From Candidatus Latescibacterota bacterium (GTDB lineage: Bacteria > Latescibacterota > UBA2968 > GCA-2709665): a DNA stretch of 64,000 nucleotides. The position numbers were made by a program, and so were the translations under genes. The stretch covers positions 1,824,001-1,888,000 of the forward strand of contig OZ244937.1 of the NCBI GenBank assembly GCA_965222075.1, written 5' to 3'. Shown piece after piece: positions 11,063 through 22,165 of this stretch (the first letter of the stretch is position 1; the number at the start of each line of letters is the position of its first letter). The notes below the pieces were generated by a model, which had not been told where the DNA came from, made no database searches, and was given only the letters and a program-made list of their open reading frames with translations.

Positions 11063-11108
11063 GTCTCCAGCGCCTGCCCTGCTCACCCTCCACAAAGGAG
11101 ACCGGTAA

Positions 11109-12092
11109 ATGTCCCACATCCTCGTCGAGAACCTCGTAAAAACCTTCCGCATCGCCCAGCGGAAGCCCGGCATGTGGGGCGCGCTCAGGGGCGTGGTCCA
11201 CCGCCGCTACCGCACCGTCAGCGCGCTGGATGGGATCTCCTTCTCCATCCAACCGGGCGAACTCGTCGGCTACATCGGCCCCAACGGCGCGGGCAAGTCC
11301 ACCACCGTGAAGGTCCTCTCCGGCATCCTCGTGCCCGATTCGGGCCGCTGTGAAATCCTGGGCCGCGTCCCCTGGAAGGAGCGCATCGCCCACGTCCGGG
11401 ACATCGGCGTCGTCTTCGGACAGCGCACCCAGCTCTGGTGGGACCTGCCCGTCATCGAATCCTTCGACCTGCTCCGGGACATCTACCGCGTCCCCCGGCA
11501 GGACTACGTCCCCACCCGCGACGAACTCATCGCCCTGCTCGACCTGCACCCGCTCTTAGACACCCCGGTGCGCCAGCTCTCCCTGGGCCAGCGCATGCGC
11601 TGCGACTTAGCCGCGGCCCTGCTCCATTCTCCGCCCCTGCTCTTCCTGGACGAGCCCACCATCGGCCTGGACGCCGTCTCCAAGCTCGCGGTCCGGGACT
11701 TCGTCAAACGCCTCAACCGGGAGCGGGGCGTTACCGTCATCCTCACTACCCACGACATGGACGACATCGAAGCCCTCTGCACCCGCGTCATGGTCATCGG
11801 CCAGGGCCGCATCCTCTCCGACGGCACCTTAGAGGACCTGAGAGCCCGCGTCACCCGGGAGCGGCGCCTCACCGTGGACCTGGTCGATGAAACCGAAACC
11901 GTCACCGATCCGGACGCCGCCGTGGTCAGCCGGGACGGGCACCGCGTTCACCTCAGCTTCGACCCCGAACGTGTGTCTGCCGCAACCCTCATTGGTCGCA
12001 TCACCGCCCGGCACCCCGTCCGGGACCTCTTTGTGGAAAACCCGCCCATCGAAGAAATCATCGCCCGGATGTACGGACAGGAGCAGCTATGA
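11109..12092 (+). CDS. ABC-2 type exporter ATP-binding subunit
   Basis: GPNGAGKST, LSLGQRMR, FLDEPTIGLD, TTHDM. Confidence 0.95.
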   Translation: MSHILVENLVKTFRIAQRKPGMWGALRGVVHRRYRTVSALDGISFSIQPGELVGYIGPNGAGKSTTVKVLSGILVPDSGRCEILGRVPWKERIAHVRDIGVVFGQRTQLWWDLPVIESFDLLRDIYRVPRQDYVPTRDELIALLDLHPLLDTPVRQLSLGQRMRCDLAAALLHSPPLLFLDEPTIGLDAVSKLAVRDFVKRLNRERGVTVILTTHDMDDIEALCTRVMVIGQGRILSDGTLEDLRARVTRERRLTVDLVDETETVTDPDAAVVSRDGHRVHLSFDPERVSAATLIGRITARHPVRDLFVENPPIEEIIARMYGQEQL

Positions 12093-12880
12093 AAGCCTAC
12101 GCAGCCGTGATCAGCGCCCGATTCCGGATGCTGCTGCAATACCGGGTGGCGGCCCTGGCAGGACTGGGCACCCAGGTATTCTGGGGCCTGATCCGCATGA
12201 TGATCTTCACCGCCTTCTACCACTCCACCACGGCCCCCCAGCCGATGGGCCTTGCGGACGTCATCACCTACATCTGGCTGGGCCAGGCGCTGCTGGGCAT
12301 GCTGCCCTGGATCATCGACCGGGAAATGCGCGCGATGATCCAGTCGGGCCTGGTGGCCTACGAACTCGTCCGGCCCCTGGACCTGTACACCTTCTGGTTC
12401 TGCCGGGACCTCGCCAGGCGAACCGCCCCTACCCTGCTGCGGGCGGTCCCGATGTTCCTCATCGCCTGGCTTTTCTTCGGCCTTCAACTCCCGGCCTCCT
12501 GGGCGTCTGCCGGCGCGTGGGCCGTCGCAACCCTCGGCGCTCTGGTCCTTGGCACCGCGATTGCAACTCTGCTCAACATCTCCATGCTCTGGACGGTCTC
12601 GGGCCAGGGCATCTCCACGCTGATGGTCGCCGCCGTCTCGATCTTCTCCGGCATGTATGTCCCTCTGCCCTTTTTTCCCGCCTGGGCGCAAACCGTCCTG
12701 GACATCCTGCCCTTCCGCGGCCTCATGGATGTGCCCTTCCGTCTCTACATCGGCCACATCCCACCCTCGGAAGTCCTCCCCCTTTTCGCCCACCAGCTGG
12801 TCTGGACCCTCGGCTTGATCGCCCTGGGCCGCCTTCTGCTCGCCCGGGGAACCCGCCGGCTCGTCATCCAGGGAGGATAA
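12089..12880 (+). CDS. ABC-2 family permease (DUF990 type)
   Basis: Multiple hydrophobic segments, IQSGLVAYELVRP, C-terminal IQGG; coupled to the ATPase gene. Confidence 0.85.
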   Translation: MKAYAAVISARFRMLLQYRVAALAGLGTQVFWGLIRMMIFTAFYHSTTAPQPMGLADVITYIWLGQALLGMLPWIIDREMRAMIQSGLVAYELVRPLDLYTFWFCRDLARRTAPTLLRAVPMFLIAWLFFGLQLPASWASAGAWAVATLGALVLGTAIATLLNISMLWTVSGQGISTLMVAAVSIFSGMYVPLPFFPAWAQTVLDILPFRGLMDVPFRLYIGHIPPSEVLPLFAHQLVWTLGLIALGRLLLARGTRRLVIQGG

Positions 12881-12884
12881 CACG

Positions 12885-13688
12885 ATGCGCAACGCCCTGC
12901 GTCTCTACTTTCGCTACATCGGTATCTCCCTCCGGGGCCAGATGCAGTACCGGGCCTCGTTCGTCATGCTAAATGCGGGATATTTTTTGATGACCGGCCT
13001 GGATTTTGTCGCCCTCTGGGTGCTGTTCAACCACTTCGGCAACATCCGGGGCTGGACCCTGCCCGAAGTCGCCCTGCTCTACGGCATGGTCAACATCGCC
13101 TTCGCCGTTGCCAACGCCATTGCCCGGGGCTTTGACAGCTTCGGGACCATGGTCAGAGCCGGTGACTTCGACCGCCTCCTGCTGCGCCCCCGCAGTACCG
13201 TCCTGCAGCTGGTGGGCCAGGAATTCCAGCTCCTGCGAATCGGCCGGCTGCTCCAGGCCCTCACCGTGCTCCTCTGGGCGCAGTACGCGCTGGAGGTCGC
13301 CTGGTCTGCCGCCACAGTCGCCCTCGCAACGTTCGCCATTCTGGGCGGCGTCTGCCTCTTTGTCGGCCTCCTCGTCCTCCAGGCCACCCTCGCCTTCTGG
13401 ACCACCGAAGGCCTGGAAATCGCCAACGCCCTCACCAACGGCGGCACCGAAACCGCCCAGTTCCCCCTGGTGATTTACCCAGGGTGGTTCCGCCGCTTCT
13501 TCACCTACGTCGTCCCCCTGGCCGGCGTCACCTACTTCCCTGCCCTGGCCATCCTGGACCGTCCCGACCCCCTCGGCTCCCCCACCTGGTTGCAGTGGCT
13601 CTCCCCCACCGCGGGCGCGGCCTTCCTCCTGATCTCCCTCCAGGTCTGGAAGGTCGGCGTCCGCCACTACCGTTCCACCGGAAGCTAA
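12885..13688 (+). CDS. ABC-2 family permease (DUF990 type)
   Basis: VRAGDFDRLLLRP and C-terminal GVRHYRSTGS. Confidence 0.85.
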   Translation: MRNALRLYFRYIGISLRGQMQYRASFVMLNAGYFLMTGLDFVALWVLFNHFGNIRGWTLPEVALLYGMVNIAFAVANAIARGFDSFGTMVRAGDFDRLLLRPRSTVLQLVGQEFQLLRIGRLLQALTVLLWAQYALEVAWSAATVALATFAILGGVCLFVGLLVLQATLAFWTTEGLEIANALTNGGTETAQFPLVIYPGWFRRFFTYVVPLAGVTYFPALAILDRPDPLGSPTWLQWLSPTAGAAFLLISLQVWKVGVRHYRSTGS

Positions 13689-13797
13689 GCGCTGGCTCCG
13701 GGCCTTCACCCTTGCATTCCCGGACCGAATCCGATATCTTGTCGGCGTGTAACCACCGTCGGTCTGGCAGAAACCGCGTGCCGGGGAGGAGAGACCA

Positions 13798-15366
<1,569 letters not shown>

Positions 15367-15380
15367 TGGTGACGGTCCAC

Positions 15381-15460
15381 TCGAACTTGATCGAAGCGCT
15401 GTCGCTTCTCGTGGCAGCACCTGCTCGGGATTTTCAAGCACCGATTCGAGAAGATGGAGG
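15381..15460 (+). pseudogene. Orphan ~80 bp fragment of the AAA ATPase gene that starts at 16461
   Basis: tcgaacttgatcgaagcgctgtcgcttctcgtggcagcacctgctcgggattttcaagcaccgattcgagaag matches 16584-16656 with few mismatches. Confidence 0.8.
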
Positions 15461-15580
15461 TGAAAGAAAGACGGTTCGCGAACTATTTTTGATCAACTGA
15501 AGTCTTGACACCGGCCAATTAAGTAATTACTATAATTACAATCCTTCTGCTCAGGGGAAATTCCAACAAAGGGTAACGCA

Positions 15581-15823
15581 ATGGCAACCAGAGATGTCAA
15601 ACTGATCGCCATCGGCAACTCCAGGGGCATCCGTCTCCCAAAGGTCCTGCTACAGAAATACGGCTGGGGTGACACCCTTGTCCTGGAAGAAACGGAAGAA
15701 GGCGTCTTTCTGTATAGCAAAGAAAGGAATAAGCTATCCTGGAAAGAGACCTACCGCGCCATGGCCGCCGACAGTGAAAACTGGAGCGATCTCGACGCGA
15801 CGGTCGCCGATGGTCTGGATTGA
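15581..15823 (+). CDS. AbrB/MazE-type antitoxin
   Basis: KLIAIGNSRGIRLPK; TTGACA/TATAAT promoter with GTAATTAC palindrome at about 15506-15540. Confidence 0.9.
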   Translation: MATRDVKLIAIGNSRGIRLPKVLLQKYGWGDTLVLEETEEGVFLYSKERNKLSWKETYRAMAADSENWSDLDATVADGLD

Positions 15824-16155
15824 TGTCGGCCTTTCCCAGGCGATACGCGATCTACTCTGCCGACCTCAATCCCACCGTGGGTGGAGAGATCCGCAAAGTG
15901 CGCCCGGTTGTGGTGGTCAGTCAGAATGAGATGAATCAGTTTCTGGATACGGTTGTCGTCTGTCCCCTCACCTCCACGTTGCATCCTCAGTGGCGGACCC
16001 GGATGCAGATCCAATGCGCGGGTAAGGAGGCTGAAATTGCCGTGGACCAGATCCGCCCCATCAGCAAGCAGCGACTGAGGCGCCGGATCGACCGACTGTC
16101 CGCCGAGGAAGCGGCCCAGCTCCGACGCCTTATCACGGAGATGTACGGGGAATAG
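15823..16155 (+). CDS. PemK/MazF family toxin
   Basis: ADLNPTVGGEIRKVRPVVVVS, VCPLTS, DQIRPISKQRL. Confidence 0.92.
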   Translation: MSAFPRRYAIYSADLNPTVGGEIRKVRPVVVVSQNEMNQFLDTVVVCPLTSTLHPQWRTRMQIQCAGKEAEIAVDQIRPISKQRLRRRIDRLSAEEAAQLRRLITEMYGE

Positions 16156-16174
16156 CGATTACCACCGCGCTTTC

Positions 16175-16366
16175 GTGCAGTTGCGGCGGATGCTCGCCGT
16201 CTTGCGTGACGACTGGACCGGATGGTGCCGGTTTTTCCTGGAAGCGGTGCGGGTGCAGACCCAGGACAACCTGTTCGTGGGATGCCGTCGTTCGACTCCG
16301 GAGGAAGCATGCAAGGTCAACGCGGCAATTGAAGCAAACCTGGGGAGAATTAGAGATTGGCATTGA
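16175..16366 (+). pseudogene. Composite scar: Fic-like fragment followed by a degenerate hsdM 3' end
   Basis: RDDWTGWCRFFLEAVRVQ resembles a Fic-family C-terminal segment; EACKVNAAIEANLGRI resembles Hsd[17 protein letters not shown]. Confidence 0.6.
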
Positions 16367-16460
16367 GGCTCAAATGATTTGGTCGATACAGTGACAATCC
16401 GGATTACGGTAGAGATACTATTTTCTATTGGCACTGAAAGGAACCTGGGGAGAGCACACT

Positions 16461-17657
16461 ATGGAAGGCAAGAGGTTTATTCGAACGATCCGGCTGGATA
16501 ACATACTATCCTACGGTTCCTGGGACGCGGAGTTCCATCTGGAGCCGTTGAACGTTCTCATTGGCCCTAACGCTTCCGGAAAGTCGAACTTGATCGAAGT
16601 GCTGTCGCTTCTCGCAGCAGCACCTACTCGGGATCTTCAAGCACCGATTCGAGAAGGTGGGGGCGTTCGCGATTGGCTATGGAAGGGTGCCACCCGACTC
16701 GCCACGGCAACCGTGGACGTGACCGTCGAGTACCACGGGGAACAGCCGCTCAGGTATCGACTGTCGTTCACAGAGAGCAGGGCGCGTTTCGAACTCAGGG
16801 ACGAGGCCGTCGAGAACGAGAAGCCAACGCCAGGCAACGAAGACCCGTATATTTACTACCGATACCAGGAAGGCCGTCCGGTGCTCAACGTCTTCACGCA
16901 GGAGGAGTCCCGATTTCATCGGCGCCTCACGCGTGAAGACGTGCATCCCGAGCAGTCGATTTTGTCTCAACGCCGCGACCCCGACTCCTATCCGGAATTG
17001 ACCTATTTGGCTGGCAGATTCGAGCGTATGCGCTTCTACCGCGAGTGGAACCTCGGGCGCTCCACGCCGCCCCGCCTTCCGCAGCAGGCCGACCTCCCAC
17101 AGGACAGCCTACTGGAGGACGCCTCGAATCTCGGCTTAGTGCTAAGCATTTTGTTAAATCAACCGCCTGTCAAGCGCCAAATTCTGGATCACTTGACGAT
17201 CTTCCATCCGTCGGTCGAGGATATTCTCGCCACAATAAACAGCAGTACGGTGCAGTTATTCTTACACGAAGAAGGCTTGCATCATCCCGTGCCTGCCACC
17301 CGGCTTTCTGACGGGACTCTGCGTTATCTCTGCCTGCTTGCCGTGCTCTGCCATCCCAATCCGCCGCCAGTCATCTGCATTGAGGAGCCGGAACTCGGCC
17401 TGCATCCGGATGTGATCCCGGAGGTGGCGACGCTTCTGATCAAGGCGTCGTCGCGTAGCCAACTTTTCGTCACGACACACTCCGACATTCTCATAGATGC
17501 GCTCACGGATACCCCGGAGGCCGTGATTGTCTGCGAGAATCGCAACGGAGCGACGCAACTCCGTCGGCTGGACGCCGAGGAACTCGAGCCCTGGCTCGAG
17601 AAATACCGGCTTGGGGAGCTTTGGATACGGGGAGATATAGGAGGGAATCGCTGGTGA
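16461..17657 (+). CDS. AAA_15/AAA_21 (ABC-type) ATPase
   Basis: LIGPNASGKSN, LSDGTLR, IEEPELGLHP, VTTHS. Confidence 0.9.
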   Translation: MEGKRFIRTIRLDNILSYGSWDAEFHLEPLNVLIGPNASGKSNLIEVLSLLAAAPTRDLQAPIREGGGVRDWLWKGATRLATATVDVTVEYHGEQPLRYRLSFTESRARFELRDEAVENEKPTPGNEDPYIYYRYQEGRPVLNVFTQEESRFHRRLTREDVHPEQSILSQRRDPDSYPELTYLAGRFERMRFYREWNLGRSTPPRLPQQADLPQDSLLEDASNLGLVLSILLNQPPVKRQILDHLTIFHPSVEDILATINSSTVQLFLHEEGLHHPVPATRLSDGTLRYLCLLAVLCHPNPPPVICIEEPELGLHPDVIPEVATLLIKASSRSQLFVTTHSDILIDALTDTPEAVIVCENRNGATQLRRLDAEELEPWLEKYRLGELWIRGDIGGNRW

Positions 17658-18334
17658 GCATCAAGCTCTACGTGGAAGGAGGAGGCAGTAGTAAGGCCCT
17701 CAAAAGGGCGTGCCGCAAAGGCTTTCGCATTTTCATCGAGAAAGCCGGGTTGCAAGGAAGGATGCCCAAGATTGTGGCCTCCGGCAGTCGCAAAAACGCC
17801 TATGAGGACTTCGAGAAAAAACATGACCATGCCGCCCATGAAGATGTAAGCGCTCTGCTCTTGGTGGACGCTGAGGGGCCGGTAGGGGAAGCGGAGCCGT
17901 GGCAGCATCTCAAAGACCGTGATGGCTGGAATCGCCCTGACGGCGCAACCGACGACCAATGCCACCTCATGGTTGAGGTTATGGAAACTTGGTTTCTGGC
18001 TGATCGTAGGGCGCTCAGGGTATTTTATGGGCAGGGCTACAGGGAAAACGCGCTCCCTCCGAATCCGCAGGTCGAACAGATTCCCAAACAGGATGTCCTC
18101 AACGGACTTGACAGGGCCGCCAACGGTACGACAAAAGGGAGCTATGACAAGGGATCGCACAGTTACGAGATCCTGGCGAAAATAGACCCGGAGAAAGTCA
18201 AGAACGTGTCGCCCTATGCAAATCGCTTGATCGAGACACTTTTCAAGTTTGGGGGAAGTGAGGCTCCAGAGGATAAAGATTCCGTGAGCGGGAAACCAGT
18301 GGATAGATCGGGCCGGAGGGATCGTCTGGGGTAA
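17654..18334 (+). CDS. DUF4276-type partner protein (RloB/TOPRIM-like)
   Basis: IKLYVEGGG, LLVDAEGP, METWFLAD, YDKGSHS; GTGA overlap with the ATPase. Confidence 0.75.
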   Translation: MSIKLYVEGGGSSKALKRACRKGFRIFIEKAGLQGRMPKIVASGSRKNAYEDFEKKHDHAAHEDVSALLLVDAEGPVGEAEPWQHLKDRDGWNRPDGATDDQCHLMVEVMETWFLADRRALRVFYGQGYRENALPPNPQVEQIPKQDVLNGLDRAANGTTKGSYDKGSHSYEILAKIDPEKVKNVSPYANRLIETLFKFGGSEAPEDKDSVSGKPVDRSGRRDRLG

Positions 18335-18474
18335 GGATGCCAAACTGTGTGCGGAGGCTCTATATATACAAGTTACCGGCAAGTCCATTGAACAAATGAT
18401 GCCGGGTGCACGGGCTCTGTTGGAAGGTGCCCGAACTCTGCCGATTCTACGCAACCTGGATTTGGAGACCAGCG

Positions 18475-20238
18475 ATGAGTTACAGCGACGAAGATATCGT
18501 GCGCCAACTCCAATTGGGTGAAGACAGCCACTGGGAATTCAAAGAGATCGCGTTTGCCGGAAGCGTTCCCAAGAGTCCCCGCCGGGATGACCTGGCGGAT
18601 GAGATCGCGGCGTTCGCCAATGCGAACGGCGGCGTGCTGCTCTGCAGCGTCACCGACGAAGGCAAGGTGCGGGGCATGTCGCGTGAACAGATCGTCGCGT
18701 TGGATTCTTTTCTGGTCGAAGTGAGCTCCGACTCCATCAGACCGGCCGTTCGTATCCGCACGTATCACAAGCAACTCCCTGACGACAAGCGGTTGCTGCT
18801 GGTCGATGTCCCGGAGGGCGATTCACAGCATGACAGCCCCGGTGGAAGCTATGTTCGTGTAGGCGGTTCAAAGCGAAGGATGACGAGTGACGAGCGGCTG
18901 CGCCTGGCGCAACGACGGGGACAGGCACGTTTCCGATCATTCGACGAGCAAACCGTTCCGGATACCGGATTCAAAACTCTGGATGAATCGCTTTGGAAAC
19001 CCCTGTTGAGTGCCGAGGGCGCAGCGGATCCTGAGGCAGCGCTCGTGAAGTTGGCGCTCCTGGCGTCCGACGAGGCCGGGGTCTCGCGTGCCACGGTGGC
19101 TGGCGTGTTGTTGTGCACCCGAAATCCCGAGCAGTGGCTCTCCAACGCCTGCATTACGGCGACCCGTTACAGGGGAAAGGATCGTGCCTCCGGCCAGATC
19201 GATGCGCAGGAAATTACCGGCCCGCTGAACCGGCAAATCGCCGATGCGGTGGCCTTCGGCGTAAGGAACATGCACGTTGCGGCGCGCAAGGAGCCGGGGC
19301 GCGTGGATCTGCCTCAGTACAGCGACAAGGCGCTGTTCGAGGCCCTGGTCAACGCCGTAGCGCATCGCGACTATTCAATGCGCGGTAGCAAAATTCGCCT
19401 TTCGATGTTCGAAGACCGCCTGGAGATTCAGTCGCCGGGCTCGCTACCGAACAACCTGACGGTGGAGAGTATGGCAACGCGGCAAGCGACTCGAAACGAA
19501 GCATTGACCTCCGTGCTGGGACGAATGCCGGTAGGGGGAGTCCGGGGCTCTGAGGACAGACAGTACTTCATGGAGCGCCGCGGAGATGGTGTTCTGATCA
19601 TCCGGCGCGAAACCCGGGAACTCTGCGGGAAACTGCCTGAGTATCGACTGATCGATGACTCGGAAGTCTGCCTCACTCTCCCCGCGGCAACGCAGGAACA
19701 GAGCCCTGCCCGCGCCGTCATCACCGTGCGCTCCGTCGGCCAACCCTTGCCTGGTGCCGACCTGTTGACTCTTTTTCCGAACAAGACCTGGAAGCGTGCG
19801 ACCACAGACGAAAACGGCGAGGCGGCCATTGATCTGCACACCACGCATCTCCCCATGACAGTCTTTGCGGCCGCTCCCGGGTACGCCGCGCATCTGGAAC
19901 GAGAATGGGTGCCGAGCCAGGGCGCGCTCGCAATAGAACTTGAACCCCTGCCGGAGGGCGGTGCGGTCATTTTTCCGGAGGCGACCGGCTACCTTCCGGG
20001 TTTGACGGGACGGTTGAATCCCATCCTGGATACCCACGCCAGAACCTACCTCTACGCCTCCAACATCGCCATTAACCAGGGCGAGCAGCAGCCGGTCCAC
20101 TTCATTCTCGGAGAAGAATTGCGATTAACCGATAACAAAGGAATCGAACTGCTGGTGCGCATTGTCGATATTGTGGGCCGGTCGGCGCTTGTGGAATACC
20201 GCCCATATCCGGAGGAGAAGACACATGCTGGTCAGTGA
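18475..20238 (+). CDS. Schlafen/AlbA_2 domain plus HATPase_c_4 protein with an extra C-terminal beta-rich domain
   Basis: GEDSHWEFKE, IAAFANANGG, EALVNAVAHRDYS, DRLEIQSPGSL, MERRGDG. Confidence 0.85.
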   Translation: MSYSDEDIVRQLQLGEDSHWEFKEIAFAGSVPKSPRRDDLADEIAAFANANGGVLLCSVTDEGKVRGMSREQIVALDSFLVEVSSDSIRPAVRIRTYHKQLPDDKRLLLVDVPEGDSQHDSPGGSYVRVGGSKRRMTSDERLRLAQRRGQARFRSFDEQTVPDTGFKTLDESLWKPLLSAEGAADPEAALVKLALLASDEAGVSRATVAGVLLCTRNPEQWLSNACITATRYRGKDRASGQIDAQEITGPLNRQIADAVAFGVRNMHVAARKEPGRVDLPQYSDKALFEALVNAVAHRDYSMRGSKIRLSMFEDRLEIQSPGSLPNNLTVESMATRQATRNEALTSVLGRMPVGGVRGSEDRQYFMERRGDGVLIIRRETRELCGKLPEYRLIDDSEVCLTLPAATQEQSPARAVITVRSVGQPLPGADLLTLFPNKTWKRATTDENGEAAIDLHTTHLPMTVFAAAPGYAAHLEREWVPSQGALAIELEPLPEGGAVIFPEATGYLPGLTGRLNPILDTHARTYLYASNIAINQGEQQPVHFILGEELRLTDNKGIELLVRIVDIVGRSALVEYRPYPEEKTHAGQ

Positions 20239-20341
20239 GTTGATCGAGCTGCTTCGAGCACTGGCTTGAGAAATATCGGCTCACCGGCGAAGTTAGACGC
20301 CGGTTCAAGGAGGGTAAACACATGCAACAGGAGAGCATCCG

Positions 20342-20650
20342 ATGACACCTATTGTCGAGGAGCGGGTCGGCGAGCTGCGGCAACTCTGCGTCCGTTACCG
20401 TGTTCTGCGGCTTGATCTGTTCGGCTCGGCTGCCACCGACAACTCCCATGGGGACGAAAGCGACCTGGACTTCCTGGTTGAATTCCAAACGCTGCCCTCG
20501 GGAGAATATGCCGACGCCTACTTCGGGCTGCTGGAGGCTCTGGAGCTGCTCTTTGGACACCCTGTGGACCTCATCGTTGACTCGGCCATCAAGAACCCCT
20601 TCTTCCGGCAACGCGTTGACGAGACCAGGACACTGCTCTATGCGGCTTGA
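20342..20650 (+). CDS. Minimal nucleotidyltransferase (MNT) antitoxin
   Basis: LFGSAA...SDLDFLVEF, VDLI, IKNPFF. Confidence 0.9.
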   Translation: MTPIVEERVGELRQLCVRYRVLRLDLFGSAATDNSHGDESDLDFLVEFQTLPSGEYADAYFGLLEALELLFGHPVDLIVDSAIKNPFFRQRVDETRTLLYAA

Positions 20651-20981
20651 AGCTCGGAAATATCTGTATGACATCCAAAGAGCTGCGGGCTTACTGGATG
20701 AATTTGTTACCGGCAAGACCTTTGCTGATTATCAGCGCGACGCCATGCTGCGAGCCGCAGTAGAGCGTGAGTTCGAGATCATTGGCGAGGCCATGACGAA
20801 ACTGGCTAAAGTCGAAGAAGCGGTGGCTGCCCGGATCAGCGGGTTTCAACGCATCATCGCCTTCCGCAACGTCCTTATTCACGAATACGCTGACGTGGAT
20901 GACCGACTGGTGTGGGATGTGGTCGAGACCAATCTTCCGACCCTCGTCCGCGAGATCAACGCCCTGTTGGAGGATGGATGA
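20640..20981 (+). CDS. HEPN/DUF86 RNase toxin
   Basis: [12 protein letters not shown] and the RxxxxH motif RNVLIHEY. Confidence 0.9.
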   Translation: MRLEARKYLYDIQRAAGLLDEFVTGKTFADYQRDAMLRAAVEREFEIIGEAMTKLAKVEEAVAARISGFQRIIAFRNVLIHEYADVDDRLVWDVVETNLPTLVREINALLEDG

Positions 20982-20998
20982 GTGGAGTTTGTGGGCTG

Positions 20999-21307
20999 GA
21001 GGACATCTTTCGCGTCGCAGACACCTACCACGCCTGGCGCGGCGGCGATGGCGAGTACGACGACATCCCCGGCTTCTGCAAGTCGGCGACACTGGAAGAG
21101 ATACGCAAGCACGGCCATGTCCTCACCCCCGGCCGCTACGTCGGCGCAGAAGCGCAGGAGGATGATGGGGAGCCGTTCGAAGACAAGATGGTGCGGCTCA
21201 CCGCCCAATGGCGGGAGCAGCAGGCCGAAGCGTGGAAACTGGACGCGGCTATCGCGGCCAACCTGGCGCAGCTGGGGTTCGGAGAGAGCACGGAGGGAGA
21301 ACAATGA
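20999..21307 (+). pseudogene. Duplicated hsdM 3' end (about 100 codons)
   Basis: [14 protein letters not shown]...[42 protein letters not shown] closely matches 15067-15360. Confidence 0.95.
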
Positions 21308-21588
21308 TTCGACCGACTGAAGTCGAGGCCCGCGATGGATACCGGATATGGCTCCGGTACTCGGACGGGGTAGCGGGAGAGGCCGACCTGTCTCATCTGG
21401 CAGGGCATGGCCCGTTCGCAGCCTGGAACAACCGCAGATGCTTCGAGGCGGTGCATATCGGCCCATCTGGAGGGGTCGTCTGGGGAGATGACATCGAGCT
21501 TTGCCCGGACGCCCTCTATATGCAAATTACCGGCAAGGCCGTCGAGGAAGTGATGCCGGGCGTACGGACCTTGACTGAAAATGCCTGA
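21304..21588 (+). CDS. DUF2442 domain protein
   Basis: [10 protein letters not shown]...[18 protein letters not shown]. Confidence 0.85.
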   Translation: MIRPTEVEARDGYRIWLRYSDGVAGEADLSHLAGHGPFAAWNNRRCFEAVHIGPSGGVVWGDDIELCPDALYMQITGKAVEEVMPGVRTLTENA

Positions 21589-21841
21589 GATTTGCAGATT
21601 CTACGGAATCGTCATACGCATGTATTTTGACGACCACTGGCCGGCTCACTTCCACGCGCTGTACGGCGAGGATGAAGCGGTAATAGGAATTGACAGCCTG
21701 GCTGTATTGCACGGGCGTCTGTCACCACGCGCCCAGGGCCTTGTGGTCGAGTGGGCCTCCCTCCGACAAGTGGAACTCCGGCAAGCATGGGACCGAGCCA
21801 AACGCCTGGAGCAGCCTGGCAGCATCGCACCCTTAGACTGA
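21581..21841 (+). CDS. DUF4160 domain protein
   Basis: [29 protein letters not shown]. Confidence 0.9.
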   Translation: MPEICRFYGIVIRMYFDDHWPAHFHALYGEDEAVIGIDSLAVLHGRLSPRAQGLVVEWASLRQVELRQAWDRAKRLEQPGSIAPLD

Positions 21842-21870
21842 CGCCGGGGTGATGAGCATGATGAGCAGTA

Positions 21871-22143
21871 GTGCAATTCACAGACGGAGGAAAGCTTGTG
21901 ACCGTCGGACAGTTGGTACAGGTACTGCAGAGCTATCCGCAGGACATACGTGTCGTCGTGAACGGCTACGAAGAGGGCTACGACGACCTGTCGCCGGAGC
22001 AGATATCCTCGGTCAAGATAGCTTTGAACACAGGAAAACATCCCTGGGAGGGACGGCACGGAGATCCTCGCCATCCGGCGGAAGGGACTCCGGACGACAC
22101 CAGGGTCGTCAAGTCCCTGGTTCTCTGTCGAGTGTCCAATTGA
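21871..22143 (+). CDS. Hypothetical protein
   Basis: 90 aa ORF (TVGQLVQVLQSYPQDIRVVVNGYEEGYDD); start may be the GTG at 21898 after GGAGG. Confidence 0.6.
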   Translation: MQFTDGGKLVTVGQLVQVLQSYPQDIRVVVNGYEEGYDDLSPEQISSVKIALNTGKHPWEGRHGDPRHPAEGTPDDTRVVKSLVLCRVSN

Positions 22144-22165
22144 TGATGCAATCCAAAGGTCGAGC

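Noticed and set aside
20970-20998. ATG GAT GAG TGG (MDEW) as a dead hsdS start
   Set aside because: It resembles common HsdS N-termini but is too short to support.
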